Made by a program: the position numbers and the translations under genes. Under the pieces are notes generated by a model that searched no databases, was not told the DNA's origin, and saw only the letters and a list, made by a program, of their open reading frames with translations. A stretch of 64,000 nt of DNA from NCBI GenBank assembly GCA_963836315.1, contig CAWIJG010000002.1:1379791-1443790 (forward strand). The letters are read 5' to 3'. This document shows positions 50,885-60,843 of this stretch, one piece after another. How positions within the stretch are numbered: the stretch's first letter is position 1; every line of letters begins with the position of its first letter. The stretch is from an uncultured Verrucomicrobiae bacterium. Lineage in GTDB: Bacteria > Verrucomicrobiota > Verrucomicrobiia > Palsa-1439.

Positions 50885-51014
50885 GAAAATCTCCTGAATT
50901 TCTTTGGCAGCCGCGCATTGTGCGTCAAGACGACCCGTTGCGCAAGTCTGTGTCGCTCCCTGGAAGCGGCATAGCGGCGGATCCCGTTGGGACACCGTGC
51001 GCATCGATGCGGTG

Positions 51015-51563
51015 CTACCGATAGGTCTTGTCGTCCAAGCGTCTGAAGTTCACCCCGTCATCGAGGACTCCCAGCGTTACAACGGCGTAGGTGAACACGG
51101 TCGTTCCCGGTTCCAGATGACCGCCGAAGGCTTTGTCGGCATTGGCCAGGGTCATGTGGGCATGGACGCGACCGTCAATGACGTATCCGTTCATGCTCAC
51201 GAGGTCGGCGGGCCCTTCGGGGTCTTCGACGTGCATATTCTTCGTGGGAAACGACCGATTGCTGATTACGTGGAAGTGATAACTTCGGAGCGATCCGATG
51301 CCGGACAGAATCACGGCGTTGCGGATTTTCTCCTGCTTCACCATGCTCTCCAGACCAGTCAGCAAATCGGTCTGGTACTTGAGGCGGAGCACCAGGACGC
51401 GCTCGAATTTCCCCTCGATGGAATACGTATCCGGCACCTTGTTGCTGTTTGGTCTGGCATCGTCGGCGGGTGCGGCTGCCGTGGTAACCTCGGTGCGGGT
51501 CTCCCGGGCGGTTACCACTCCCGCCATCATCAAGAGCGCGACTGCTACAGTTGCTGTTTTCAT
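51015..51563 (-). CDS. secreted PPC-domain (DUF296) protein
   Basis: Strong SD then signal peptide [25 protein letters not shown]296 core is [38 protein letters not shown]. Confidence 0.55.
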   Translation of the reverse strand: MKTATVAVALLMMAGVVTARETRTEVTTAAAPADDARPNSNKVPDTYSIEGKFERVLVLRLKYQTDLLTGLESMVKQEKIRNAVILSGIGSLRSYHFHVISNRSFPTKNMHVEDPEGPADLVSMNGYVIDGRVHAHMTLANADKAFGGHLEPGTTVFTYAVVTLGVLDDGVNFRRLDDKTYR

Positions 51564-51848
51564 CTCAGATCTCCTTTTGCGGGTTTGGGGAACCTTGTAC
51601 ACACCCTTGATGGAAGGTTACCAAGAGCGCCAGGGAGCAGCAAGCTCGGTGGAGAACATGGATGTGCGGCGACCGACTCGTTCCATGAAGGGTTGTGATT
51701 CTCAATTTTAAACCAGCCTGCAGGCCAAGAAATGCTTGTTCCCGGCACAATGCTTCCTGTAGTATCCGCGTCGGCTGGGTGGGGTCGCCGTGTTCCAGGC
51801 ACGGGCGACGAAAGCAACAAATCGAGCTGGAAAAATGGGTGGAAGCAT

Positions 51849-52022
51849 ATGAGCAAATACTTCAAGAGACTCAATCGCAAGATCCGGAAGCAGTCCGGCC
51901 AGAGCCTTGTTGAGTACGCGTTGATACTGGCGTTGATCGCGGTGGTGGCCATCCTCGTCCTTCAAGGACTGGGGCAAAAGGTGAACAACACCCTTTCGGC
52001 CGTCAACGCGAACTTGCCCTAA
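51849..52022 (+). CDS. Flp/Fap family type IVb pilin
   Basis: 57-aa product MSKYFKRLNRKIRKQSGQSLVEYALILALIAVVAILVLQGLG.. carrying the Flp processing motif (G/QSLVEYAL). SD is GGTGGAAG. Confidence 0.65.
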   Translation: MSKYFKRLNRKIRKQSGQSLVEYALILALIAVVAILVLQGLGQKVNNTLSAVNANLP

Positions 52023-52175
52023 GTCACATCGGCGCGCCGGATGAGTTGGTGAGAATGGCCGGCACTCGACTCTAGCGCGAGAGCCTGTGCCTTGTCATGC
52101 TCATGTCGTCGCAGGCCATGCGGTCTTGGAACGACTTCGACTCGTGTGTACAATCGTGTCGTGCTCGAGCCCGAC

Positions 52176-52802
52176 ATGCTATTGGCGGCGTACCGTCGCG
52201 GCATCTTCCCGATGGCCGTGGATCCCGACAAGGGAGACGGGGCCCGCAGACGGGGCCACATTCGTTGGTTCTCGCCTGATCCTCGCGCTGTCATCCCGCT
52301 CGACGAGAACTTTCATATACCACACGGCCTCCGGCGCGCGCTGAAGCAGGGAAAATTCGAAGTCACATCGGATACGGATTTTGAAACCGTTGTTCGCGAG
52401 TGCGCAAAACGCAAGGAGGGGACGTGGATTTCCAAGGAGATCATCGACAGCTATTGCAAGCTGCATCGACTCGGCCACGCGCATAGCATCGAAGCCCGTC
52501 TCGTCCCCAAAGCCGCCCTTTCGTCCCGTGTTTCCCGTCCGTCATCCTTGTCGTTGGTCGGCGGTTTGTACGGCGTGGCCATCGGCGGGGCGTTTTTCGG
52601 TGAAAGCATGTTTCATCGAGCCACGGACGCATCCAAGGTCGCGCTCGTGGCGTTGGTGGAACGGCTGCGCAGGCGGGGGTTTGTGCTGCTCGATACGCAA
52701 TGGGTCACACCGCACCTGCGGCAGTTTGGCGCGTACGAGATCCCGCAGCATGAGTATCTCTGGCGTCTCGAACATGCCTTGAAGCTGGAATGCAGGTTTT
52801 GA
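52176..52802 (+). CDS. aat: leucyl/phenylalanyl-tRNA--protein transferase
   Basis: LLAAYRRGIFPM, IRWFSPDPRAVIPLD, HSIEA and FGESMFH motifs of the Leu/Phe-tRNA-protein transferase family are present. Confidence 0.8.
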   Translation: MLLAAYRRGIFPMAVDPDKGDGARRRGHIRWFSPDPRAVIPLDENFHIPHGLRRALKQGKFEVTSDTDFETVVRECAKRKEGTWISKEIIDSYCKLHRLGHAHSIEARLVPKAALSSRVSRPSSLSLVGGLYGVAIGGAFFGESMFHRATDASKVALVALVERLRRRGFVLLDTQWVTPHLRQFGAYEIPQHEYLWRLEHALKLECRF

Positions 52803-52935
52803 GTACGACCCGGGTCGAACTGTTGCGATATCACCGCCCGCGAATTCTGTGGGCTGCAAGTCTAAATCGAAAGTGCGCTTGCATGCTATCCCGTTACGCG
52901 ACAATAATAGGGCGTGGTGGCGTACATCGCCTCTT

Positions 52936-53151
52936 ATGAACGACATTGGCAAAATTCTGGTCATCGTCGGTCTGGCGTTGGTCGTGCTCGGAGCCGTGTT
53001 CTGGCTCGGAGATAAGACGCAGTGGTTCGGAAGACTGCCCGGCGATATTCGCGTCGAACGCGAGCACTACAAGCTGTATTTCCCGCTGACAACCTGTTTG
53101 CTCATCAGCGTCGTGCTCACATTGTTATTCCGTCTGCTGGGGAAGCGGTGA
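52936..53151 (+). CDS. DUF2905 family small membrane protein
   Basis: MNDIGKILVIVGLALVVLGAVFWLGDKTQWFGRLPGDIRVEREHYKLYFPLTTCLLISVVLTLLFRLL matches the DUF2905 two-TM pattern. Confidence 0.6.
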   Translation: MNDIGKILVIVGLALVVLGAVFWLGDKTQWFGRLPGDIRVEREHYKLYFPLTTCLLISVVLTLLFRLLGKR

Positions 53152-53185
53152 CAGACAACGGACTCACGGTCGCACAGGGTTTCCC

Positions 53186-54196
53186 ATGAAGACGTCCGAC
53201 TTCGACTACCACCTGCCATCGGGATTGATTGCGCAGCAACCGCTCGACGACCGCGCGGCCTCCCGTATGATGGTGGTCAACCGCGCTACGGGGGAGATTC
53301 GTCATGACCAGTTTCGCAACATCGGTCACTGCCTTCGCCCGCGCGATGTGTTGGTGCTTAACGATACAAGAGTCATCCCCGCGCGAATTTGGTCGCGCCA
53401 GCCCGAAATTGAGCTGTTGCTGGTTGAGAAGCTGGGTCCCCACCGCTGGTCGGCGCTGGTGAAGCCCGGGAAACGAGCCAAAGTGGGCGTGACCCTGCAA
53501 TTCGAAGATGGCGTGAGTGGCGTCATCGACGGGGAAACGGATTTTGGCGGACGGACCCTCCATTTCTCCGGCGACATTGAAGCGTACTTGGCCGCACATG
53601 GCGCAATGCCGCTCCCGCCGTACATCAAACGCCCCATGGCGGATAGGGGTGGACATCCGCTGCAGGACACGGACCGCGAACGTTACCAAACCGTGTTCGC
53701 GCGCGAGCCGGGGGCGGTGGCCGCGCCGACCGCGGGACTGCATTTCACCGGGGCGATGCTTGAGCAACTTCAGTCCGCAGGCATCGGTCACGCATTTATC
53801 ACCCTGCACGTGGGCATTGGCACGTTTCGGCCTGTGAAGACCGAGAATGTCGAAGAGCACCGGATGCATGCGGAAAAGTTCGTAATTTCGGCGGAGGCCG
53901 CCGCGATGATTCAGGGCGCGGAGCGGGTGGTGGCCGTGGGCACAACGGTTGTCCGCGCGCTGGAGTCGTGCGGCGAAGTGGAGGAACGGAAAGGTGCGAC
54001 TGACATTTTTATCCGACCGCCCCACGCATTTCGTCAGGTGGATTTACTCCTGACGAATTTTCATCTGCCGCGCTCGACGCTGCTGATGTTGGTGAGCGCA
54101 TTTGCGTCGCGTGAATTGATCCTGAAAGCGTATGAGGAGGCGGTCCGCGAACGCTACCGGTTCTTCAGCTACGGCGATTGCATGCTACTGCTCTGA
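53186..54196 (+). CDS. queA: S-adenosylmethionine:tRNA ribosyltransferase-isomerase
   Basis: MKTSDFDYHLPSGLIAQQPLDDRAASRMMVV.. is a canonical QueA N-terminus, and GAVAAPTAGLHFT and a conserved C-terminus are present. Confidence 0.9.
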   Translation: MKTSDFDYHLPSGLIAQQPLDDRAASRMMVVNRATGEIRHDQFRNIGHCLRPRDVLVLNDTRVIPARIWSRQPEIELLLVEKLGPHRWSALVKPGKRAKVGVTLQFEDGVSGVIDGETDFGGRTLHFSGDIEAYLAAHGAMPLPPYIKRPMADRGGHPLQDTDRERYQTVFAREPGAVAAPTAGLHFTGAMLEQLQSAGIGHAFITLHVGIGTFRPVKTENVEEHRMHAEKFVISAEAAAMIQGAERVVAVGTTVVRALESCGEVEERKGATDIFIRPPHAFRQVDLLLTNFHLPRSTLLMLVSAFASRELILKAYEEAVRERYRFFSYGDCMLLL

Positions 54197-55108
54197 CGGT
54201 TTCGGCCCAATCACCGAGCCGATAATAGACAGCGCAAGGATAAGCACAATGACGGCCAGCGCGATACTCGTCGGGATTTGGATGTCCCACGCGGACAGAA
54301 TCATCTTGGTCCCCACAAACACGAGGATCAACGACAGCCCGTAGTGCAGGTAGTGGAACATGTTGATCGCGCCCGCCAACGCAAAATAGAGGGCCCGCAG
54401 CCCGAGGATGGCAAGAATGTTCGACGTGTACACGATGAACGGATCCCGCGTGATCGCCAGCACCGCCGGAATGGAATCCACCGCGAAGATCAGGTCCGTG
54501 GTTTCCACCATCACCAGCACGACCAGCAAGGGTGTGGCGAAGTGGCGCCCCTCCCGCTTCACAAAGAAGCCTCCACCGTCGTTGTTCTCCGTGACCGGCA
54601 TCAGCCAGCGAAACAACTTCAGCACCGGGTTGTTCTCGGGTCGGATCTTCTTTTCTTTCTCACCGGCCATTTGGAAGCCGCTGTAGATCAGCACGGCCCC
54701 GAAGACATACAGGATCCATTCAAACCGATGGATCAAGGTCACGCCCATGGCGATGAGGAGGGCCCGCATCATGACCGCGCCGATGATCCCCCAGAACAAA
54801 ACTTCATGCTGATACTGCTTGGGGACGCGGAAGTACGAGAACATCAGCAGAAACACGAACAGGTTATCGACACTCAGCGATTCCTCGATCAAGTATCCCG
54901 TCAAAAACTCCAGCGCTTTGTGCGGACCCTGCGTGAAGTAGATGCCGGCATTCCAGGCCAACGCCAGCGCGATCCACATCGCGCTCCACCCCAGCGCCTC
55001 CTTCACTTTCATCTCGCGTGGCCGGCGATGAAACACACAGAGATCGAGCGCCAGCATCCCCAACACAAACACGTTGAATAGCACCCACTTCCAGATCGCT
55101 CCGGGCAT
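54185..55108 (-). CDS. TerC family integral membrane protein
   Basis: TerC-type arrangement with multiple TM helices and conserved SVDNLFVF and FAVDSIPAV motifs. Confidence 0.85.
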   Translation of the reverse strand: MPGAIWKWVLFNVFVLGMLALDLCVFHRRPREMKVKEALGWSAMWIALALAWNAGIYFTQGPHKALEFLTGYLIEESLSVDNLFVFLLMFSYFRVPKQYQHEVLFWGIIGAVMMRALLIAMGVTLIHRFEWILYVFGAVLIYSGFQMAGEKEKKIRPENNPVLKLFRWLMPVTENNDGGGFFVKREGRHFATPLLVVLVMVETTDLIFAVDSIPAVLAITRDPFIVYTSNILAILGLRALYFALAGAINMFHYLHYGLSLILVFVGTKMILSAWDIQIPTSIALAVIVLILALSIIGSVIGPKPSEQ

Positions 55109-55362
55109 GACGGAGGATTCTGAAGGCCCCCCACAACTCCGTCAACGAAAAGCGGCCCGCGAGCGTCGGCGACGTTCTCTTTCCGCTTTCGTCTTGTTGC
55201 GCCACTCTGCTATCGTTGCCGCGACGGTCATATAGTATGTCCAAGATGCCCAAAGCTCCTCCGCGGTATGTTGCCCGCGACCCACTTCATCGAATTGATG
55301 CGGGCCATCATCCTGCGCGGTCCGTACGGGAGAAAGACAGAAACTGAGAGATCGGTGATGTC

Positions 55363-57045
55363 ATGAAGAACGCGTGGAGATCACCGGGAGTTGGCGCGGC
55401 TCTCCTCATTTTGCTGACAGTGGCGGCATACATCCCCGTGATGCACGCCGGGTTTATTTGGGACGACGATGTGCTCATCACCGGCAACCGCTTGGTCAAA
55501 GCGAATGACGGGTTGTATCGATTTTGGTTTACAACCGAATCGGCGGACTACCGTCCGCTGACGTGGAGTTTATGGTGGCTGGAGTGGCGCTTGTGGGGCG
55601 CCAGTCCAATGGGGTACCACGTGGTCAATGTGTTGTTGCACGCCGTCAACGCCGTTCTGGCGTGGATGGTCCTGCGTCGCTTGAAGATTCCGGGAGCGTG
55701 GCTTGCGGCACTGGTGTTTGCGATTCACCCGGTGAATGTGGCCACAGTCGCTTGGATCAGCGAGCAGAAGAACACTCTCTCGATGCTGTTCTACGCAACG
55801 GCAATCCTCTTGTATTTGAAGTTCGATGAAGAAAGCCGCTGGCACTGGTACGTCTTCTCGTTGGCGGCGTTTCTGCTGGCCCTGCTCAGCAAGTCAGCGG
55901 TGGTCATGCTGCCCCTGGTGCTATTGGGCTGCGCGTGGTGGGTTCACAACCGATTGCGGTGGAAAGACCTTCTGTGCAGCGTGCCGTATTTTGTGCCCGC
56001 TTTGGTCATGGGGTTGGTGACTGTCGTCCAACACCAAAAGGTGTTGGCGGGAACCATCGTGCGGACCGGAGGTTTGGGTTCCCGATTGGCGGCAGCGGGC
56101 TGGATCCCGTGGTTTTACCTGTACAAGGCGCTGCTGCCGGTTGACTTGACGGTGGTTTATCCACGATGGGAGATCGATGGCGCGCGTTGGTGTTCATACG
56201 GGCCCGGGATAATTCTCGTGGGCGGCCTTGTGTTATTTTGGTGGAAACGAAACGCGTGGGGGCGGCCATTGCTTTTTGGGTTCGGATATTTTGTCGCGAT
56301 GCTTTTTCCGGTGCTGGGTTTCTTCGATCAGCGTTTTTATCGGTTGTCATTGGTTGCTGATCACTGGCAGTACTATTCGATCATCGCCCCGATTGCCCTC
56401 GTTGTCGTCGCCGGGGAATGGATTGGCCGCCGCCTGGGCGGACGGGGCCGGCGTTGGGAAGCGACACTGGGCGGAGCGGTGCTGATGGTCCTGGGGGTCG
56501 CCACTTGGACTCGAGCCGGCGTTTATGCAAACGCGGAAACACTCTGGCGCGACAATGTGGTGAAGAATCCCGACGCCTGGGTGGCGCACTACAACCTGGC
56601 GACGGAGTTGCAGAAAACGGGCAAGCTGCAGGAAGCGGCCGAACAGTACGTGCAGACGCTGCGACTCAACCCTGGGTACGCGCAGGCTGAGAACAACCTG
56701 GGAATCACCCTCGCCCAAGACGGCAGGCTTCCGGAAGCGGTCAGGCACTTCGAACGCGCGCTACGGATTGACCCCAACTCGGCCGAGGCGCACGGCAATC
56801 TCGGGCATGCCCTGATCCTGCTGGGTAACGAGCCGAAAGCGATGGAACATTGGGAGCGAGCGTTGCAGATCAAGCCCGATAATGCCGAGATTCACTACGA
56901 TCTGGGACATGCTCTCGAACAAATGGGCAAGCCCGAGCAGGCCATCGGGCATTACGAGCAGGCCCTGCGCATCCAGCCCGATTATGCCGAGGCCCGGGAT
57001 GGGCTTGCGCGATTGCAGAAGCACGGGACTTCCGGTCAACGATGA
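55363..57045 (+). CDS. TMTC-like polytopic membrane protein (DUF1736, GT-C fold) with C-terminal TPR repeats
   Basis: About 11 TM helices. The first periplasmic loop has the acidic motif GFIWDDD typical of GT-C glycosyltransferases. Five or six TPR units follow at the C-terminus, ending ..AIGHYEQALRIQPDYAEARDGLARLQKHGTSGQR. Confidence 0.65.
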   Translation: MKNAWRSPGVGAALLILLTVAAYIPVMHAGFIWDDDVLITGNRLVKANDGLYRFWFTTESADYRPLTWSLWWLEWRLWGASPMGYHVVNVLLHAVNAVLAWMVLRRLKIPGAWLAALVFAIHPVNVATVAWISEQKNTLSMLFYATAILLYLKFDEESRWHWYVFSLAAFLLALLSKSAVVMLPLVLLGCAWWVHNRLRWKDLLCSVPYFVPALVMGLVTVVQHQKVLAGTIVRTGGLGSRLAAAGWIPWFYLYKALLPVDLTVVYPRWEIDGARWCSYGPGIILVGGLVLFWWKRNAWGRPLLFGFGYFVAMLFPVLGFFDQRFYRLSLVADHWQYYSIIAPIALVVVAGEWIGRRLGGRGRRWEATLGGAVLMVLGVATWTRAGVYANAETLWRDNVVKNPDAWVAHYNLATELQKTGKLQEAAEQYVQTLRLNPGYAQAENNLGITLAQDGRLPEAVRHFERALRIDPNSAEAHGNLGHALILLGNEPKAMEHWERALQIKPDNAEIHYDLGHALEQMGKPEQAIGHYEQALRIQPDYAEARDGLARLQKHGTSGQR

Positions 57046-57048
57046 TCG
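56896..57048 (+). repeat. about 150-nt direct repeat, copy 1 (TPR tail plus stop/start junction)
   Basis: 56917-57011 is identical over 95 nt to 58806-58900. Flanks are similar, including the ..GGTCAA(C/A)GATGATCGA junction motif. Confidence 0.8.
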
Positions 57049-58934
57049 ACAGCAAGCGAGATGGCCGGGAGACAGAGGCGTCCGGAGGAAAGTTTCCTCG
57101 GATGCAATACGGGATCCTGGGCGCAATCTGCATCCTGGTCATCGGGATTTATGCGTACATGGCCCAGTCGGGCGCGCTGGAACAACTGACTCCGAACGCG
57201 GCCGACGCGTACTATAATCTCCTGGTGGACGGTTTCCGGGCCGGCCAACTCAGCCTGAAGAAAGAGGTGCCGGCCGGGTTCGTACAACTTGCCGACCCCT
57301 ACGATCCAGCGGCGCACCTTGCTTATCTGAGTCCGCCGCACCGGATGTTCGACCTGAGTTACTACAAGGGCCGGCTCTACCTCTACTTCGGAATTACACC
57401 GGCCCTGATGATATTCTGGCCGTACGTCGCGCTGACCGGCCATTACTTGTATCACCGGGAAGCCGTGGCGATCTTTTGTGCCTTGGGTTTTTTGGCTGGC
57501 GCGGGCCTGCTGCGCGCATTGTGGCAGCGCTACTTTGCCGAAGTGAAAGTTGGGGTGGTGGCGGCCTGCGCGTTGGCGTTTGGTTTGGCGACGGGCCTGC
57601 CGGTTCTGTTGTCGCAAGCCGACATTTACGAAGTGGTAATCACCGGCGGCTACATGCTGACGATGTTGGCGCTGGCAGCGATCTGGTGCGCGTTGCACGA
57701 GCCCGAACGGAGATGCCGGTGGCTGACCGTGGCGAGTGTGGCGTACGGTCTGGCGGTGGGAGCCCGGCCGAACTTGCTGTTCGGCGCGGTAATCCTGTTG
57801 GTGCCGGTAGCCCAAGTGTGGCGCGAGCGATGGCCCCGAAGGCTTTTGGGGCTGACGGCGGCAACCGTCCCGATTTTCGTCATCGGGTTGGGGCTGATGC
57901 TCTACAACTTCTGGCGATTCGGCAATCCGTTCGAATTCGGATGGCACTACGAGTTGACATGGGAGCGGCAGGTCAGCCAGCAAAACTTCAGTCTGCGGAA
58001 TCTGTGGTTTAATCTGCGGGTCTATCTTCTGGAACCGGGACGCTGGAGCGGTCGTTTCCCCTTCATACGCGAAATCGCCATACCTCGCATGCCAAGCGAC
58101 CATGGTGGCGTGACGGCGCCTTTCGGCGTCCTGACCAACATCCCCCTGGTGTGGCTCGCGCTGGCCGTGCCGCTGGCATGGCGGAATCGGCCGGAGCGGG
58201 AGCGCACTACCTTGCGCTGGTTTGTAATCGCGGTGGCATTGCTGTTTGGGATTTGCCTGTTGACCCTCGCACCATTCCGCGTTGCAGCTTTTCGCTATCA
58301 GGTGGACTTCCTGCCTGCACAGGTCATGTTGGCGGTGATTGGCATCCTCGGATTGGAACGCGTGCTGGCGGACCGGTTAGTCTGGCGGCGTGCGATGCGC
58401 TGCGGCTGGGGCCTTCTGCTGGGCTTGTCGGTGGCATTTAACGTGTTGGCCAGCTCGGAGCATTATGCCGAGGCGCACTACAATCTGGCGGTCGGGTTGG
58501 AGCAATCGGGCAAGGTCGGGGAAGCCATGGGACAGTACGAGCAAGCATTGCATTTGAACCCCGACCTCGTCGACGCGCATTACAATCTGGGGGTTCTTCT
58601 GGCGCAACTGCACAGGCTGCCGGAGGCGGTGGATCATTGGCAACAGGTGGTGGCGATCAAGCCCGACTTCGCCAACGCGCACTACAATTTGGGACGAGCC
58701 TTGATAGAATTGGGCAGGGTCAGGCAGGGGATCGACCAATACGAACAGGTGGTGCGGATCACGCCTGATGATGCCGGCGCACACTACCAGTTAGGGCATG
58801 CGCTGGAACAAATGGGCAAGCCCGAGCAGGCCATCGGGCATTACGAGCAGGCCCTGCGCATCCAGCCCGATTATGCCGAGGCCCGGGATGGGCTTGCGCG
58901 CCTGCGGGGACTCGGGACTTCCGGTCAAAGATGA
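57042..58934 (+). CDS. polytopic membrane protein with C-terminal TPR repeats (paralogous tail to upstream gene)
   Basis: Start overlaps the upstream stop (ATGA). Multiple TM helices are followed by TPR units. The C-terminal 36 residues are nearly identical to those of 55363..57045. Confidence 0.6.
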   Translation: MIDSKRDGRETEASGGKFPRMQYGILGAICILVIGIYAYMAQSGALEQLTPNAADAYYNLLVDGFRAGQLSLKKEVPAGFVQLADPYDPAAHLAYLSPPHRMFDLSYYKGRLYLYFGITPALMIFWPYVALTGHYLYHREAVAIFCALGFLAGAGLLRALWQRYFAEVKVGVVAACALAFGLATGLPVLLSQADIYEVVITGGYMLTMLALAAIWCALHEPERRCRWLTVASVAYGLAVGARPNLLFGAVILLVPVAQVWRERWPRRLLGLTAATVPIFVIGLGLMLYNFWRFGNPFEFGWHYELTWERQVSQQNFSLRNLWFNLRVYLLEPGRWSGRFPFIREIAIPRMPSDHGGVTAPFGVLTNIPLVWLALAVPLAWRNRPERERTTLRWFVIAVALLFGICLLTLAPFRVAAFRYQVDFLPAQVMLAVIGILGLERVLADRLVWRRAMRCGWGLLLGLSVAFNVLASSEHYAEAHYNLAVGLEQSGKVGEAMGQYEQALHLNPDLVDAHYNLGVLLAQLHRLPEAVDHWQQVVAIKPDFANAHYNLGRALIELGRVRQGIDQYEQVVRITPDDAGAHYQLGHALEQMGKPEQAIGHYEQALRIQPDYAEARDGLARLRGLGTSGQR

Positions 58935-58937
58935 TCG
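58791..58937 (+). repeat. about 150-nt direct repeat, copy 2
   Basis: See copy 1. A degenerate third remnant, IKPDHAEARNRLVRLRAAH*, is encoded at 60857-60917 after the third gene. Confidence 0.8.
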
Positions 58938-59082
58938 ATCATAAACCAAATCCCCAACAAACAAAAGCGACCGAAGGGAAGCCTCGGCGAATCTGTCGCG
59001 AGATCCAGGTGCCGTGTATGTATATGGATCGCATGCTTCTAAAAAACTCGACTCGTCTGTGCGCCTCGTCTATGTAGGCACG

Positions 59083-60843
59083 ATGATTCGTCGTTGCCTG
59101 CCGTGGGCTGCCGTTACGCTGGTTCTCGGAGTCGCGCTGGCGTGGATGTGGGAGCCGATGCACGAGGACACCGCCACCGTCGACGAACCGAATTTCCTTG
59201 GCGCGGGATATACCTACTGGCAGGGGCAGCGCTATTTCCTCAACGTCGATCACCCGCCGCTGATGCAACTGTGGAGCGCGTTCCCGCTGCTGTTCCTCGA
59301 TGTGAAGATGCCGCCGGGCACACAGGAATTCTTCGATGATGTTTTCGCCTCCTACGAGGAACGATGGGACCACCGGTCAGTCGAACGCCAGGTCAGCCCG
59401 GCACCCACGGAGGACTTTTATCGCTATCCACTGCTCGAAACGGGAACGTTCGGGAACCGACTGTTGTATGGTCGAGAGAACGACGCCGATGCGCTGCTGT
59501 TTTGGGGTAGATTCATGCAAGCAATCGTGACACTGGCGACCGGCTTGCTCGTGTTTCTCTGGGCCCGGTCGCTGAGCAACCTGAACGGCGGGCTGCTGGC
59601 CCTGGTCGTGTGGTGCTTCAATCCGCTGGCATTGACCTTTGGACATTTGATCCTTACCGACCCGGGCATCGCCTTAATGTTGCCCCTGGCAGTCTGGATG
59701 TTCGCGCGCTTTCTCGAGTCACCGGGGCGGCGAACGGCTTTAGTTGCGGGACTGGCCTTCGGCGGAGCGCTGCTTACGAAGTTCACAGCGGTGATCCTCG
59801 TTCCCATCTTTGGCGCATTACTGGCGGTTGCCTGGTGGCGGGTGCGGGCAATTCGTGAGGAGCCCGTCCGCAAGCTTTTCGGTAATCTATTCTTCCTGGC
59901 GGCTGTGGCTTGGATCGCAGTTCTGCTGTTCTATGGCCCGCACTGGCTGCCGGCGCCTCCGCTCTCGGTCGAAGATGCGCATCGGCTGCGCGTTCCAGAG
60001 TGGTTCATCAGGCTTAGGTGGCTATTGATCCCTCGAGAGTTTTTCAAGGGGCTGACGGTCGTGTTGCTGCACGCGGGACGCGGTCAACAAGCCTACCTTT
60101 TCGGTCAATGGTCCGACAAAGGTTGGTGGTACTACTATCCGGTCGCCATGACAATCAAAACGCCGCTTGCGTTGCTGCTGCTGCTCGTCGGCGCCATCGT
60201 GATGGCGTTGCGGCGAGTGCGGCAGTGGCGCTTCAGTGAAGCAGTCCCCCTCATCGCCGCCACAGTCTTTCTCGGATGCGCCATGATGAACAAAGCCAAT
60301 ATCGGCATCCGTCACATACTGCCCCTGTACTCCCTGCTGGCCGTCGTAATCGGAAGCGAACTGTCCCGAACTGGCACGAGAGGCCGAATCACGAGCTGGA
60401 TCCTCGCCGCCTGGTTGGTGGTGGCCGCATTTCTGGCTCATTCCGATTGCGGTACCTACTTCAACGAGATCGTCGGTGGTCCCGCCCACGGCCAGGACTA
60501 TCTGGTGGATACCGATTGGGGCCAGAACGGCAAACGCCTGAAAGTATGGATGCAGCAGAACCACATCGCCCACATTTACCTCGATTGCATCGGCATTCCC
60601 CCGGCAATCCAGTATCTGAACATCCCCTCTGACATCGTCACGACGACGCAAGCGCGCAACCTCCAGAACGGTTATCTTGTGGTTTCGGCATCGCGGCTGA
60701 TGTTGCCTGACTACTCCTGGCTCCGCGCGACACGCGCGCCCCTGGCTCGGATCGGTAATACCCTGTTCGTCTATATGATGTCTGCGTCGTCGACCCGCCA
60801 TGACGGAGGTTCGAGCAGTTTGCAGGGTAACGGGCAGGATTGA
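59083..60843 (+). CDS. GT39/PMT_2-like (GT-C fold) phospholipid-carrier-dependent glycosyltransferase
   Basis: TM1 then loop DEPNFLGAGYTYWQGQRYFLNVDHPPLMQLW, with the DE..HPPL motif of the ArnT/PMT family. About 11-13 TM helices. No TPR tail. Confidence 0.65.
   Translation: MIRRCLPWAAVTLVLGVALAWMWEPMHEDTATVDEPNFLGAGYTYWQGQRYFLNVDHPPLMQLWSAFPLLFLDVKMPPGTQEFFDDVFASYEERWDHRSVERQVSPAPTEDFYRYPLLETGTFGNRLLYGRENDADALLFWGRFMQAIVTLATGLLVFLWARSLSNLNGGLLALVVWCFNPLALTFGHLILTDPGIALMLPLAVWMFARFLESPGRRTALVAGLAFGGALLTKFTAVILVPIFGALLAVAWWRVRAIREEPVRKLFGNLFFLAAVAWIAVLLFYGPHWLPAPPLSVEDAHRLRVPEWFIRLRWLLIPREFFKGLTVVLLHAGRGQQAYLFGQWSDKGWWYYYPVAMTIKTPLALLLLLVGAIVMALRRVRQWRFSEAVPLIAATVFLGCAMMNKANIGIRHILPLYSLLAVVIGSELSRTGTRGRITSWILAAWLVVAAFLAHSDCGTYFNEIVGGPAHGQDYLVDTDWGQNGKRLKVWMQQNHIAHIYLDCIGIPPAIQYLNIPSDIVTTTQARNLQNGYLVVSASRLMLPDYSWLRATRAPLARIGNTLFVYMMSASSTRHDGGSSSLQGNGQD

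Noticed and set aside
52019-52060. GC palindrome CATCGGCGCGCCGGATG after the flp gene as a terminator
   Set aside because: Imperfect stem and no downstream T-run.
53117-55081. 302-aa minus and 267-aa plus ORFs
   Set aside because: Antisense to queA and the TerC gene respectively.
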